Below are positions 10,153-18,082 of a stretch of DNA of 64,000 bases, one piece after another; position 1 is the stretch's first letter, and each line of letters starts with the position of its first letter. Origin of the DNA: Candidatus Sulfomarinibacteraceae bacterium (GTDB lineage Bacteria > Acidobacteriota > Thermoanaerobaculia > Thermoanaerobaculales > Sulfomarinibacteraceae). The stretch covers positions 288,001 to 352,000 of the forward strand of contig CAWCLO010000001.1 in NCBI GenBank assembly GCA_963796455.1, read 5' to 3'. A program made the position numbers and the translations under genes. Below the pieces are notes generated by a model. That model saw only the letters and a list, made by a program, of their open reading frames with translations. It searched no databases and had not been told where the DNA came from.

Positions 10153-11056
10153 AGCCCGCCTGTAGCTTCTTGGAGCAATATCGAAATAGTCCGGCCGAAC
10201 TCTCCTTCACCGGACACAGTCGGCGGTACCGCTCGATCGCCTCGGTGGGCACCGCTGACGCTTCCATCTCGACTGCATCGAGGGACTCGAGTTCAGACCC
10301 GAGCGCGTCTCGGTCACCTCCATCGGCGAGCACACGGTCACCGATCTCGGTCCACCGAAGCAACCGATCCTCGAGTTCATCGAGATGCCGGACGGGATCA
10401 TCGAAGCTGCCGTAATGGGTCAACATCAGTTGTTTTGGTTCGAGGGCCCGCAGCTGGTCGATGCTTCTTCGCCAGTCATCGACCTGGATATCGGGCGGCG
10501 GCATCGGCGGCAGAACGTGCGAGGCTCCGGGAAAACGGACTCCCGCCACGTCTCCCGTCACGACGGTGCCGCCGATCTGCCACGCAACGTGGTGAACCGC
10601 ATGGCCAGGGGTGTGCCAGGCCACCACGTCGAGGCCCCGGATCGATACCACTTCGCCATCCGCGACCTCTACGACATTTTCCGGTTCGACCGCGACCGTC
10701 GTTCCCCACAGGGGCGTCATCATCTCGCCGTAGATTCGTTCGGCAGACGGCAATAGCTTCGCGTGGGGATCAGCCAAATGGGCCGCGCCCTTCGGATGGC
10801 AGTAGACCGGACACCCGGTCCGGCTCGACAGAACGCCGGCCCCGCCCGCATGATCGAGGTGGACGTGGGTCGGAAAGACCCCGGCAAGCTGATCGAGGCG
10901 AAATCCCAGCTCTTCGATCCCGCGTTCGAGATTTCCAAAGCAACTCGCCGGGCCAGGATCAAAAAGCACGAAACCGTCTTCCACCGGCGCCAGAAAGGAC
11001 GCGATGATCTGCTCGGTTGCATAGAACCGGAGGTCCACCGTGTGAATCTTCGTCAT
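10151..11056 (-). CDS. MBL-fold metallo-hydrolase
   Basis: THVHLDHAGG, HTPGHAVHH, GDVAG, THYG motifs. Confidence 0.9.
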   Translation of the reverse strand: MTKIHTVDLRFYATEQIIASFLAPVEDGFVLFDPGPASCFGNLERGIEELGFRLDQLAGVFPTHVHLDHAGGAGVLSSRTGCPVYCHPKGAAHLADPHAKLLPSAERIYGEMMTPLWGTTVAVEPENVVEVADGEVVSIRGLDVVAWHTPGHAVHHVAWQIGGTVVTGDVAGVRFPGASHVLPPMPPPDIQVDDWRRSIDQLRALEPKQLMLTHYGSFDDPVRHLDELEDRLLRWTEIGDRVLADGGDRDALGSELESLDAVEMEASAVPTEAIERYRRLCPVKESSAGLFRYCSKKLQAG

Positions 11057-11141
11057 TCCACCCTCCGCCGAATCAGTGTACGCTGTTCGCGATCATCCGA
11101 GGCAAACTCAGCCTCGAGTCAAAACGTTGCAGGAGGAACCA

Positions 11142-11561
11142 ATGCGAAAGTTGGTCTTGATCGTCATCTGCGCAGCCCTCATAGGATGTGCATCCAGCAA
11201 TAACGCGACGCTCCCGCAACGTATCTATTGCGAGGACACGTTCTCCAAAATATGGCGAGGAAGCCAGATGGCCGTCAACGAGCTCGGTTTCAGCGTCATC
11301 AACGCCAACGATATCGGCGGCTCGATCCTGGGTCGCATGGAAGCGGACATCTACGGTTCCGAAATGGAGATCAATGTCTCCGTCACCGAGAACAAGGGCG
11401 GGCGCACCGGGCCCGCGAATGAGCCGATCTGGGTTCAGGTCAAAGTGGTCGATGCGAGCAATGCCAACCCGGACGAGCACAGGTTGCAACAGATGAAGAT
11501 GATGGAGGATCAGTTCATGGACCTCCTGCGGCAGATGGCCGCGTGTGGCGCAACCCACTAG
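11142..11561 (+). CDS. Hypothetical lipoprotein
   Basis: AGGAGG RBS; MRKLVLIVICAALIG-C lipobox. Confidence 0.75.
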   Translation: MRKLVLIVICAALIGCASSNNATLPQRIYCEDTFSKIWRGSQMAVNELGFSVINANDIGGSILGRMEADIYGSEMEINVSVTENKGGRTGPANEPIWVQVKVVDASNANPDEHRLQQMKMMEDQFMDLLRQMAACGATH

Positions 11562-11700
11562 CAATAAAACCTTTTCGAAGAATCAAAAAGAACTCGACGC
11601 GGCGGGATTTTCCAACCTGCGTGTATCATTGAGGTGAGGGCATCACACCTTATTCCGGCAGTGTTCAGCGCCCGGAGAAGTTCAACAACAGGGAGGAATC

Positions 11701-11946
11701 GTGAGTTCGCAACTGAACCCCAAGTTTCTAGCGGTGTTAATTTTTTTCTTGCTGGCGACGACCCTTTTCAACACCATACGAGCCAACAGGGTCGAGCAGG
11801 ACACCACGAATTTCCGAAAAGAGACCCGGCGACAGCTCAAAGCCACCCGCATCACGCTCGCCGAGCAGGAGCTTGTCAACGCGGCGCTGCGGCAACAAAT
11901 CGAAGCGTTGCAGGCTCCGCAGGCGCCGCTGCCCGCAGCAGACTGA
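11701..11946 (+). CDS. Small membrane-anchored coiled-coil protein (81 aa)
   Basis: GGGAGGA RBS before GTG; N-terminal hydrophobic helix followed by a heptad-like segment. Confidence 0.6.
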   Translation: MSSQLNPKFLAVLIFFLLATTLFNTIRANRVEQDTTNFRKETRRQLKATRITLAEQELVNAALRQQIEALQAPQAPLPAAD

Positions 11947-11978
11947 TTCCGAGAACTGCACCTATTCACCGATCTTCG

Positions 11979-12007
11979 TTGCCGAATCTTCATGGCTTCA
12001 CTAGTAT
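11979..12007 (+). promoter_or_regulatory. Putative sigma70 promoter of candidate sRNA
   Basis: TTGCCG (11979-84) - 17 nt - TAGTAT (12002-07); predicted TSS ~12014-15 coincides with the helix start. Confidence 0.5.
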
Positions 12008-12014
12008 TGACGTG

Positions 12015-12127
12015 ACGTGGTCTGAGGAGGTCGGTCTCATTCTCCTTGGGTGAAACGCCCCGCATTAGGACTTCGCGCGCTCGCTATTTATCGTCGCGGA
12101 GACCGGCCTTCTCAGATCACGTTTTTT
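12015..12127 (+). ncRNA. Candidate ~113-nt small RNA closed by a 24-bp 5'/3' helix and U-tail
   Basis: 12015-12038 pairs fully with 12099-12122 (three G-U wobbles, no mismatches on + strand), followed by T6. Confidence 0.5.
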
Positions 12128-12169
12128 GAGCTTCGGGCCTGTGGGATTGACGCCGGTCGCCCACCCTGT

Positions 12170-12295
12170 CCGATCCCGATCCCGTTCCCGTTCCCGTTCC
12201 CGAAAGGGAGAAAGGGAGAAAGGGAGAGAGGGAGAGAGGGAGAACCACCCGGCGCTTATTTCGTCCGCTTTCGATTCCCGCCTCCCGATGTCATA
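12170..12295 (+). repeat. Composite module (cccgat/cccgtt)n-(gggagaaa)n-gggagaaccacc...cgcctcccgatgtcat
   Basis: Similar to 47775-47889 and 33443-33535 (reverse complement). Confidence 0.7.
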
Positions 12296-12366
12296 CAGAT
12301 ACGGCCTCCGGCACCTGTTCCTACCTGTTGCCACCGCGACTCAAAGCAAGCTCCGGTCCCTTCCGG

Positions 12367-12485
12367 ATGTCATCCTGAGCGGAGCCCTGCAGGGCGTAGT
12401 CGAAGGATCTATGGTGCGGCCGGAAAGATATCGAAGACTAAGATCCTTCGACTCCGCGCTCGAAGCGCTGCGCTCAGGATGACAT
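12367..12485. repeat. ~120-bp palindromic element (ATGTCATCCTGAGCG...GTCGAAGGATCT / AGATCCTTCGAC...CGCTCAGGATGACAT)
   Basis: Inverted arms nearly identical to 47881-48000, with a different ~30-nt spacer. Confidence 0.9.
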
Positions 12486-12579
12486 ATTGAAACCGTCTAC
12501 CGCTGCAGAAGCGACGCGGCGTCCGAAGTCTGATCAGGATCCCTCGATTTCCCGGAAGTGGGATCACCCACATGGATCT

Positions 12580-13938
12580 TCACTCGATACTCCGACCTCC
12601 GTGGAGGTTATTTATCAGCGAGATTTTTTTTATTTTCCCCGCATACCGGAAGATCAAATCCCGCCACGGACCGGTCGCGTCGAGACGCGCCAGATTCCCG
12701 AAATGCCCGCCGAGGGTCCGGTTGATGAAGATGGCGTCCTCGGGGAAGACCATGTCCTTGCTGTACTGCATGTTCCGAAACCCGAGTTCAAACATGCGTC
12801 GATAAACCTCTTCATTCTCTCCGAAGGTATAGGGAGGGCTTGCGCGAAGGACATCCGCCAACAGGTCGACATAGGGTCCGATGGCATCGATCGGCATGGC
12901 CTCACCGTTGCCCATCAGCATTCCCATCCCTTTCAGAATCTCCGGAACCTCGTGCCGCCGGCCCTCTGCAACCCCCACCAACAGCTCCGCATAGCTGGCT
13001 GCTATCGCCTCCGGGACCTCCTTGATGCAGCCAAAATCGTAGACCACCATCCGACCGTCCTCGAGGAAAGCGAAATTGGCGAGGTTCGGATCTGCGTGCA
13101 GCACCCTGTGTTCGAGCAACCCTCTCAACACGAATTCCGCGATCACGACGCCCCAGCTGTCTTTCAACGATTCCGGATACTGATCGGAACAGGCCTCTGT
13201 CGGTGAGATCCCTCCAACATATTCCATGGTCAAGATGTTGCGGGTCGTCGCCTCCCGCACCACATTCGGGATCACGATCTCGGGCACATGGCGGTGGAGC
13301 TCAGCCATCCGACCGATGTTTTCCGCCTCATGGGTGTAGTCAAGCTCTTCAAGGAGACGGTCGCGGAGTTCGGTCCAGACCGGCTCGAACTCGATATCGG
13401 TGATGAGCGCCAGGGCCGCCCGGACCAGGTTCTTGAGGTTTTTGAGGTCCGCCTTGACGATCTCATCGATCAGAGGGTATTGGATCTTGACCGCGACCTT
13501 TCTCCCGTCGCGGAGTCGTCCGAGGTGAACCTGGCCGATCGAGGCGGCGGCAAAGGCCTCGAGATCGAGCTCTTCAAAGATCTCGTCATAAGCATCGAGT
13601 GCTCCCCGGATTTCATATTCCATGACCTCCGCCGGCACCCTCGGTGCTTCCTTCTGGAGACCGCGCAGGACCTCGGCGACCTCGGGCGGCATCATGCCCT
13701 CATGGAGGCTGAGCATCTGACCGACCTTCATGGCCGCACCTTTCAACTCGCCCAGGGTCTCGACGATCCGCATCGCGTTCCGAACCAGGTTCTCGGTTTT
13801 TTTGACCTGTTTGGAAGGACCGGATCGAGCGAGATCCAGGACCTGGTCGCCGACCACGGAGGCACCGACCCTTCCCACCAAACCGCTCAACTTGACGAAT
13901 CGACCCAGCGCCGAGGTCGTGATTTTGTTTTCTGCCAC
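12580..13938 (-). CDS. ABC1/AarF/UbiB-family atypical kinase
   Basis: LKGAAMKVGQ, AAASIGQVH, VAVKIQYP, HADPNLAN, YDFGC. Likely GTG start at 13938. Confidence 0.9.
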   Translation of the reverse strand: MAENKITTSALGRFVKLSGLVGRVGASVVGDQVLDLARSGPSKQVKKTENLVRNAMRIVETLGELKGAAMKVGQMLSLHEGMMPPEVAEVLRGLQKEAPRVPAEVMEYEIRGALDAYDEIFEELDLEAFAAASIGQVHLGRLRDGRKVAVKIQYPLIDEIVKADLKNLKNLVRAALALITDIEFEPVWTELRDRLLEELDYTHEAENIGRMAELHRHVPEIVIPNVVREATTRNILTMEYVGGISPTEACSDQYPESLKDSWGVVIAEFVLRGLLEHRVLHADPNLANFAFLEDGRMVVYDFGCIKEVPEAIAASYAELLVGVAEGRRHEVPEILKGMGMLMGNGEAMPIDAIGPYVDLLADVLRASPPYTFGENEEVYRRMFELGFRNMQYSKDMVFPEDAIFINRTLGGHFGNLARLDATGPWRDLIFRYAGKIKKISLINNLHGGRSIE

Positions 13939-14065
13939 CCCATCCTCTTTCCCGGTGTTCGTACCCAGGATAGCGGGTGCCTGCCTGCTGCCCGCCCATC
14001 GATTCATGAGGGACGGCTACGGTGCCCCAGAAAACACATCGGTATTGAGATGACGAATCTATTTG

Positions 14066-14094
14066 TTGACATTTATTCCTTAATGCTACATATT
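14066..14094 (+). promoter_or_regulatory. Putative sigma70 promoter of the Fur-family operon
   Basis: TTGACA (14066-71) - 17 nt - CATATT in an AT-rich patch. Confidence 0.45.
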
Positions 14095-14142
14095 TTCATC
14101 TGACTCCACCATCGTTGGTGGCGGAAATCGGGGGGCGACGGC

Positions 14143-14604
14143 TTGGACGAGCCGGCACGTACAGAACGCATGGAGCTTTTCAGGAGGCTCTGCCGCGAAC
14201 GCGGCGAGCGTTGCACGGTGCAGCGCCGGGTCATCCTCGAAACGGTCCTCGACCTCGACAATCACCCGTCGGCGGATCAGATCTTCGATGCGGTCGAACG
14301 AAGTCTCCCGGGCATCGCGCGAACCACGGTCTATCGCGCACTCGAGCACCTCGCCCGCATGGGGGTGATCACCAAGGCCTGCCATCCGGGTCGAGTCGCC
14401 CGCTTCGACCCGCGTCTCGAACTCCACCACCATCTGGTCTGCCTCCATTGCAACGAGTTCATCGATTTCGAAGATGATGATTTGAACGAGCTGACGATAC
14501 CCGACACCTCGGCCTTCGGCTTCGAGGTGAACGACTACCGCGTGCAATTGCGCGGAATCTGTAATTCATGCCAAAAAAAATCTACGAAGGAGGAATCAAA
14601 ATGA
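14143..14604 (+). CDS. Fur/PerR-family transcriptional regulator
   Basis: TVQRRVIL, HPSADQIF, TTVYRAL, HHHLVCLHC, CNSC. Confidence 0.92.
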   Translation: MDEPARTERMELFRRLCRERGERCTVQRRVILETVLDLDNHPSADQIFDAVERSLPGIARTTVYRALEHLARMGVITKACHPGRVARFDPRLELHHHLVCLHCNEFIDFEDDDLNELTIPDTSAFGFEVNDYRVQLRGICNSCQKKSTKEESK

Positions 14605-15752
14605 GAAAAACAGCACTCGTTGTGCTCCTTGGCGCCGGCCTGATGGTCGCGGCGGGAGTATTCAGCGACGCCGGTCAGGAGTCATCGACACCGCTCGGTC
14701 TCCCCCCGGTGCCGATCCCGGAGAACAACCCGCAGACACCGGAGAAGATCGCCCTCGGCGAAAAGCTTTACAACGAGACACGCTTCAGCACCGACGGGAA
14801 GGTCGGCTGCTTTACCTGCCACGATCCCGAGAAAGCATTCACCGACAGCCCACTCAAAACATCCGAGGGCATCGACAAGCTCACCGGCACCCGCAATTCC
14901 CCCACGGTGATCAACTCCGCCTATTTCACAACCCAGTTCTGGGACGGCCGTTCGCCGGATCTCGAAGACCAGGCGCTGCACCCCTTTACCAATCCAGTGG
15001 AGCATGGACTCAAGACTCACGACCCGATCCTCAAGATCGTGCGCAAGGACCCCGAGTACGCCACGGCGTTCAAGGCTGTCTTTGGAAAATCTGGGAAAGA
15101 GATCACGATGAGGGAGGTCACCCTTGCCATCGCCGCCTTCGAGCGCACCGTCATTTCGGGAAACTCGCCTTTCGATCGCTTCTATTACGGTGGTGAAGAG
15201 GATGCTCTGACCGAACAGCAGAAACGTGGATTGGACCTCTTTTTGAACGAGGCCCGTTGTGTCTCGTGCCACGTCATCGAGCAGACCCAGGCGCTCTTTA
15301 CCGACAACCGTTTTCACAACATCGGGGTCGGGATCAACAATATCCAGGAGGATGTGCCCGCCCTCGCCGGCACCTTCCTCGAGGCCGACAGGACCCTGTC
15401 GGAAGTGGATGTCGAGGTGCTGACCGACCCGAAGACCTCGGAGTTGGGCCGCTTTGCCATCAGCCACGGCTTTGATGATCTGGGGTCCTTCAAGACCCCA
15501 ACCTTGCGCAATGTCGCTGTCACGGCGCCCTACATGCACGACGGCAGCATCGAAACCCTCGAGGATGTCATGGTGCATTACCTCAACGGAGGTGTGACAG
15601 AAGCCGGCGATCCGGTCAACGACTTCCTCTCGGGTGGTATCCGGCCGCTCGATATCGAAATCGAGCAGATCGAAGATCTGGTGGCTTTCATGGAGGCATT
15701 GACAAGCCCTGAATTCGAGAAGCCGGCCGACGCAGCCGACGGCGAAAAGTAG
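14601..15752 (+). CDS. Diheme cytochrome c peroxidase superfamily protein, MauG/MbnH/BthA-like
   Basis: Signal peptide; CFTCH and CVSCH; QFWDGR; FKTPTLRN; PYMHDG...HY with Tyr at the distal-ligand position. Confidence 0.9.
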   Translation: MRKTALVVLLGAGLMVAAGVFSDAGQESSTPLGLPPVPIPENNPQTPEKIALGEKLYNETRFSTDGKVGCFTCHDPEKAFTDSPLKTSEGIDKLTGTRNSPTVINSAYFTTQFWDGRSPDLEDQALHPFTNPVEHGLKTHDPILKIVRKDPEYATAFKAVFGKSGKEITMREVTLAIAAFERTVISGNSPFDRFYYGGEEDALTEQQKRGLDLFLNEARCVSCHVIEQTQALFTDNRFHNIGVGINNIQEDVPALAGTFLEADRTLSEVDVEVLTDPKTSELGRFAISHGFDDLGSFKTPTLRNVAVTAPYMHDGSIETLEDVMVHYLNGGVTEAGDPVNDFLSGGIRPLDIEIEQIEDLVAFMEALTSPEFEKPADAADGEK

Positions 15753-15762
15753 AGGTTGCACT

Positions 15763-16839
15763 ATGACTGATTCAAAACTGACTCGACGCGGCTTCATCAA
15801 GGGCGCGGGGGCGGTCGCAGCGGCCGGCACACTTCCCATCAGCATGGTGGAGCTCGCCTTTGCCGATCCGGCACAGAATTTCACCTTTGCCTACATCTCC
15901 GACTCGCACATCCAGCACATCAAGGGCAACAGCTTCGTCAACAACTGGGATCGCGGTCTGATCCGCGCGGTCGCCGAAACCAACCTCCTGCAGCCCAAAC
16001 CCGACTTCGTGATGTTCGGCGGCGATCTGGCCCAACTCGGTACGAAGCCCGAATTGGACCACGGCGCCGAGATGCTCGCCAAGCTCGACTACAAGACCCA
16101 CATGGTGATGGGCGAGCACGACTACTACCTCGATCTGGGAGAGTACTGGTCGGAGCTCTTCGGCCCCCACTGGTACAGCTTTGACCACAAGGGCGTGCAC
16201 TTCGTGGTGCTCAACAGCATCCTGACCTTTGACGAGTGGACCTTTGACCGCTGGCCCACCGACGAGCAACGGATGCTCGAGATGGCCGGGCTCGACAATC
16301 CCAACGGCTCGCCCTTCATGGTCGGGGAAAAACAACGGGCGTGGTTGGCCAAAGACCTCGCAGGCGTCGCCAAAGACACACCCGTTGTCGTCTTTTCCCA
16401 CTCCCCGATCCAGAAGATCTACAAAGGCTGGAACTTCTGGACCGACGACGCGGAACAGGTCCAGTCGCTGCTGAAACCCTTCGATGATGCAACCGTCATA
16501 TACGGCCACGTGCACCAGATCCAGTACAACCAGATCGACAACATCAGTTTCCATGCCGTGATGGCCACAGCATGGCCGTGGCCCTATCCCAGGGCCTACG
16601 CTCAGGCCGAGAGCCACATGCCGAAGATCACGGTGCCGATGAATCGGGCCGATCCCTTCTTCGAACGCGACGCGACCGGCTGGCAGTTCATCAATATGAA
16701 GACCGGCCGCGTCGATTTGGAGTACAACCTCTCCAACAACAGCAACCGAACGGTGGCCTTCAACCCGAAGACAGGTCGTCCCGAGGACACCAAATACCAG
16801 GCGGAGGAAGATCGCATTCCGCCGCAGATCCACTACTAG
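15763..16839 (+). CDS. Tat-exported calcineurin-like metallophosphoesterase
   Basis: LTRRGFIKG Tat signal; SDSH, GGDL, GEHD, SH, GHVH motifs. Confidence 0.9.
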   Translation: MTDSKLTRRGFIKGAGAVAAAGTLPISMVELAFADPAQNFTFAYISDSHIQHIKGNSFVNNWDRGLIRAVAETNLLQPKPDFVMFGGDLAQLGTKPELDHGAEMLAKLDYKTHMVMGEHDYYLDLGEYWSELFGPHWYSFDHKGVHFVVLNSILTFDEWTFDRWPTDEQRMLEMAGLDNPNGSPFMVGEKQRAWLAKDLAGVAKDTPVVVFSHSPIQKIYKGWNFWTDDAEQVQSLLKPFDDATVIYGHVHQIQYNQIDNISFHAVMATAWPWPYPRAYAQAESHMPKITVPMNRADPFFERDATGWQFINMKTGRVDLEYNLSNNSNRTVAFNPKTGRPEDTKYQAEEDRIPPQIHY

Positions 16840-16847
16840 GAGGAGAA

Positions 16848-17261
16848 ATGGCCAAAAAACACCTTTGGGCCGCATGCGCCGTCGTGGGAGCCGCGCTGCT
16901 CCTGGTCGGATACGGACTGCAGGCCGATGAATTCACCGACAAAGACTCCGAGCGCTGGCAGGGCGAGTTCATGAGCGTCGTCAACGAGGGCCGCTCCCTT
17001 TGGGGCAGCCCTGCACTCGGCAGCAATGGGGTGGCCTGCGGGCAGTGCCATCCCAACGCTGCGAACACCCATCCGGAAACCTATCCCAAGTTCCAACAGC
17101 AACTGGGCGGCGTGGTCGCCTTTCGCGACATGATCAACTGGTGCATCATGAATCCCCTCGAGGGGCAAACACTCGCCCTTGACGACAAACAGATGATTGC
17201 CCTCGAGGCCTACGCGACCTACGAACGGCGTGGTGTCGCCCTGGATCCAGGCAAACACTGA
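16848..17261 (+). CDS. Monoheme c-type cytochrome (SoxA/TsdA-like heme domain)
   Basis: GGAGGAG RBS; signal peptide; CGQCH; MINWC. Confidence 0.8.
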   Translation: MAKKHLWAACAVVGAALLLVGYGLQADEFTDKDSERWQGEFMSVVNEGRSLWGSPALGSNGVACGQCHPNAANTHPETYPKFQQQLGGVVAFRDMINWCIMNPLEGQTLALDDKQMIALEAYATYERRGVALDPGKH

Positions 17262-17283
17262 GTCAGAAAAACCGGGCAACGAA

Positions 17284-17311
17284 GGCGGGCGCATGGGCGC
17301 CCGCCCTTTTT
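17284..17311 (+). terminator. Rho-independent terminator
   Basis: ggcgggcgc-atgg-gcgcccgcc followed by T-run. Confidence 0.8.
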
Positions 17312-17440
17312 ATGCGTCCCCATTTTGAATATCATCTTGACAGAATGAGACTCAGAACCAATATTGTTCATACCGATCCAGTCGATGAAATCTCGAGGCG
17401 CTCTTGCGCCGACCCTGCGAATAGAACCGGTGGAGGACTC

Positions 17441-18046
17441 GTGAGACGATCCTGGGCGGTTGCTTGTGTCGCGATGATCTGCGTGCCGGCAGTGCCGGTC
17501 TTCAGTCAGCAAATCTTCTCCAACGGTTTCGAGGATGCCAGCATCTGCGCCTGGACCAACGCGGATCAGACGGACGAAGACGAAGACCTCGTCAAAATCT
17601 GCCAATTCGACTGCGATGATCAAGACGCCGATATCAAACCCGGCGGAACCGATCTTTGCGGCGACGGCAAGGATAATGACTGCACCGGCTTTGCCGATGA
17701 GGCCTGCTGCCATCCCCTGCTCCAGGACTGTGGTGGTACCGAAGCCTGCTACTACAACATTTTCAACAACGGCTTCGCATGCGGAAATCCTTCTGGGAAT
17801 CCTCCCGGCCAACAGGAAGACCCCTGCCAGTTCATCAATGGCTGCGCCGAAGGATTCGGCTGCACTCTGTGCATCCCACCCAATTGCGACGTGCCCCAGG
17901 ATCTGGTCTGCGCCAGATTCTGTGATCTGGCCGGCAACGACTGCGATTTCGGGGAAACCTGTCTGCGGTATGACCAGTGGTGGGGCGACCTGGATCCCGC
18001 ACCGGACGATTTCGGGATGTGCGTCGCCGACGCGATCATCCCCTGA
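17441..18046 (+). CDS. Secreted Cys-rich protein with putative metal-binding (MopE-like) repeat
   Basis: GGAGG RBS + GTG; signal peptide; IFSNGFE; DCDDQDADIKPGGTDLCGDGKDNDC motif; many Cys. Confidence 0.75.
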   Translation: MRRSWAVACVAMICVPAVPVFSQQIFSNGFEDASICAWTNADQTDEDEDLVKICQFDCDDQDADIKPGGTDLCGDGKDNDCTGFADEACCHPLLQDCGGTEACYYNIFNNGFACGNPSGNPPGQQEDPCQFINGCAEGFGCTLCIPPNCDVPQDLVCARFCDLAGNDCDFGETCLRYDQWWGDLDPAPDDFGMCVADAIIP

Positions 18047-18082
18047 TCGGGAACTACCACCACTCGAGATCCGGACAGCTTT

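Noticed and set aside
9828..11007. ORFs with SSAPLLLC / EEQRSRGA repeats
   Set aside because: Translations of the CTCCTCTG tandem repeat, overlapping real genes.
12022..12090. Hammerhead ribozyme (CTGAGGA...GAAAC)
   Set aside because: Stems II and III cannot be formed convincingly, and the CTGAGGA lies inside the long terminal helix.
12580..12640. Phase-variable T8 tract at the 3' end of the ABC1 kinase
   Set aside because: Affects only the last residues; no evidence of variation from a single sequence.
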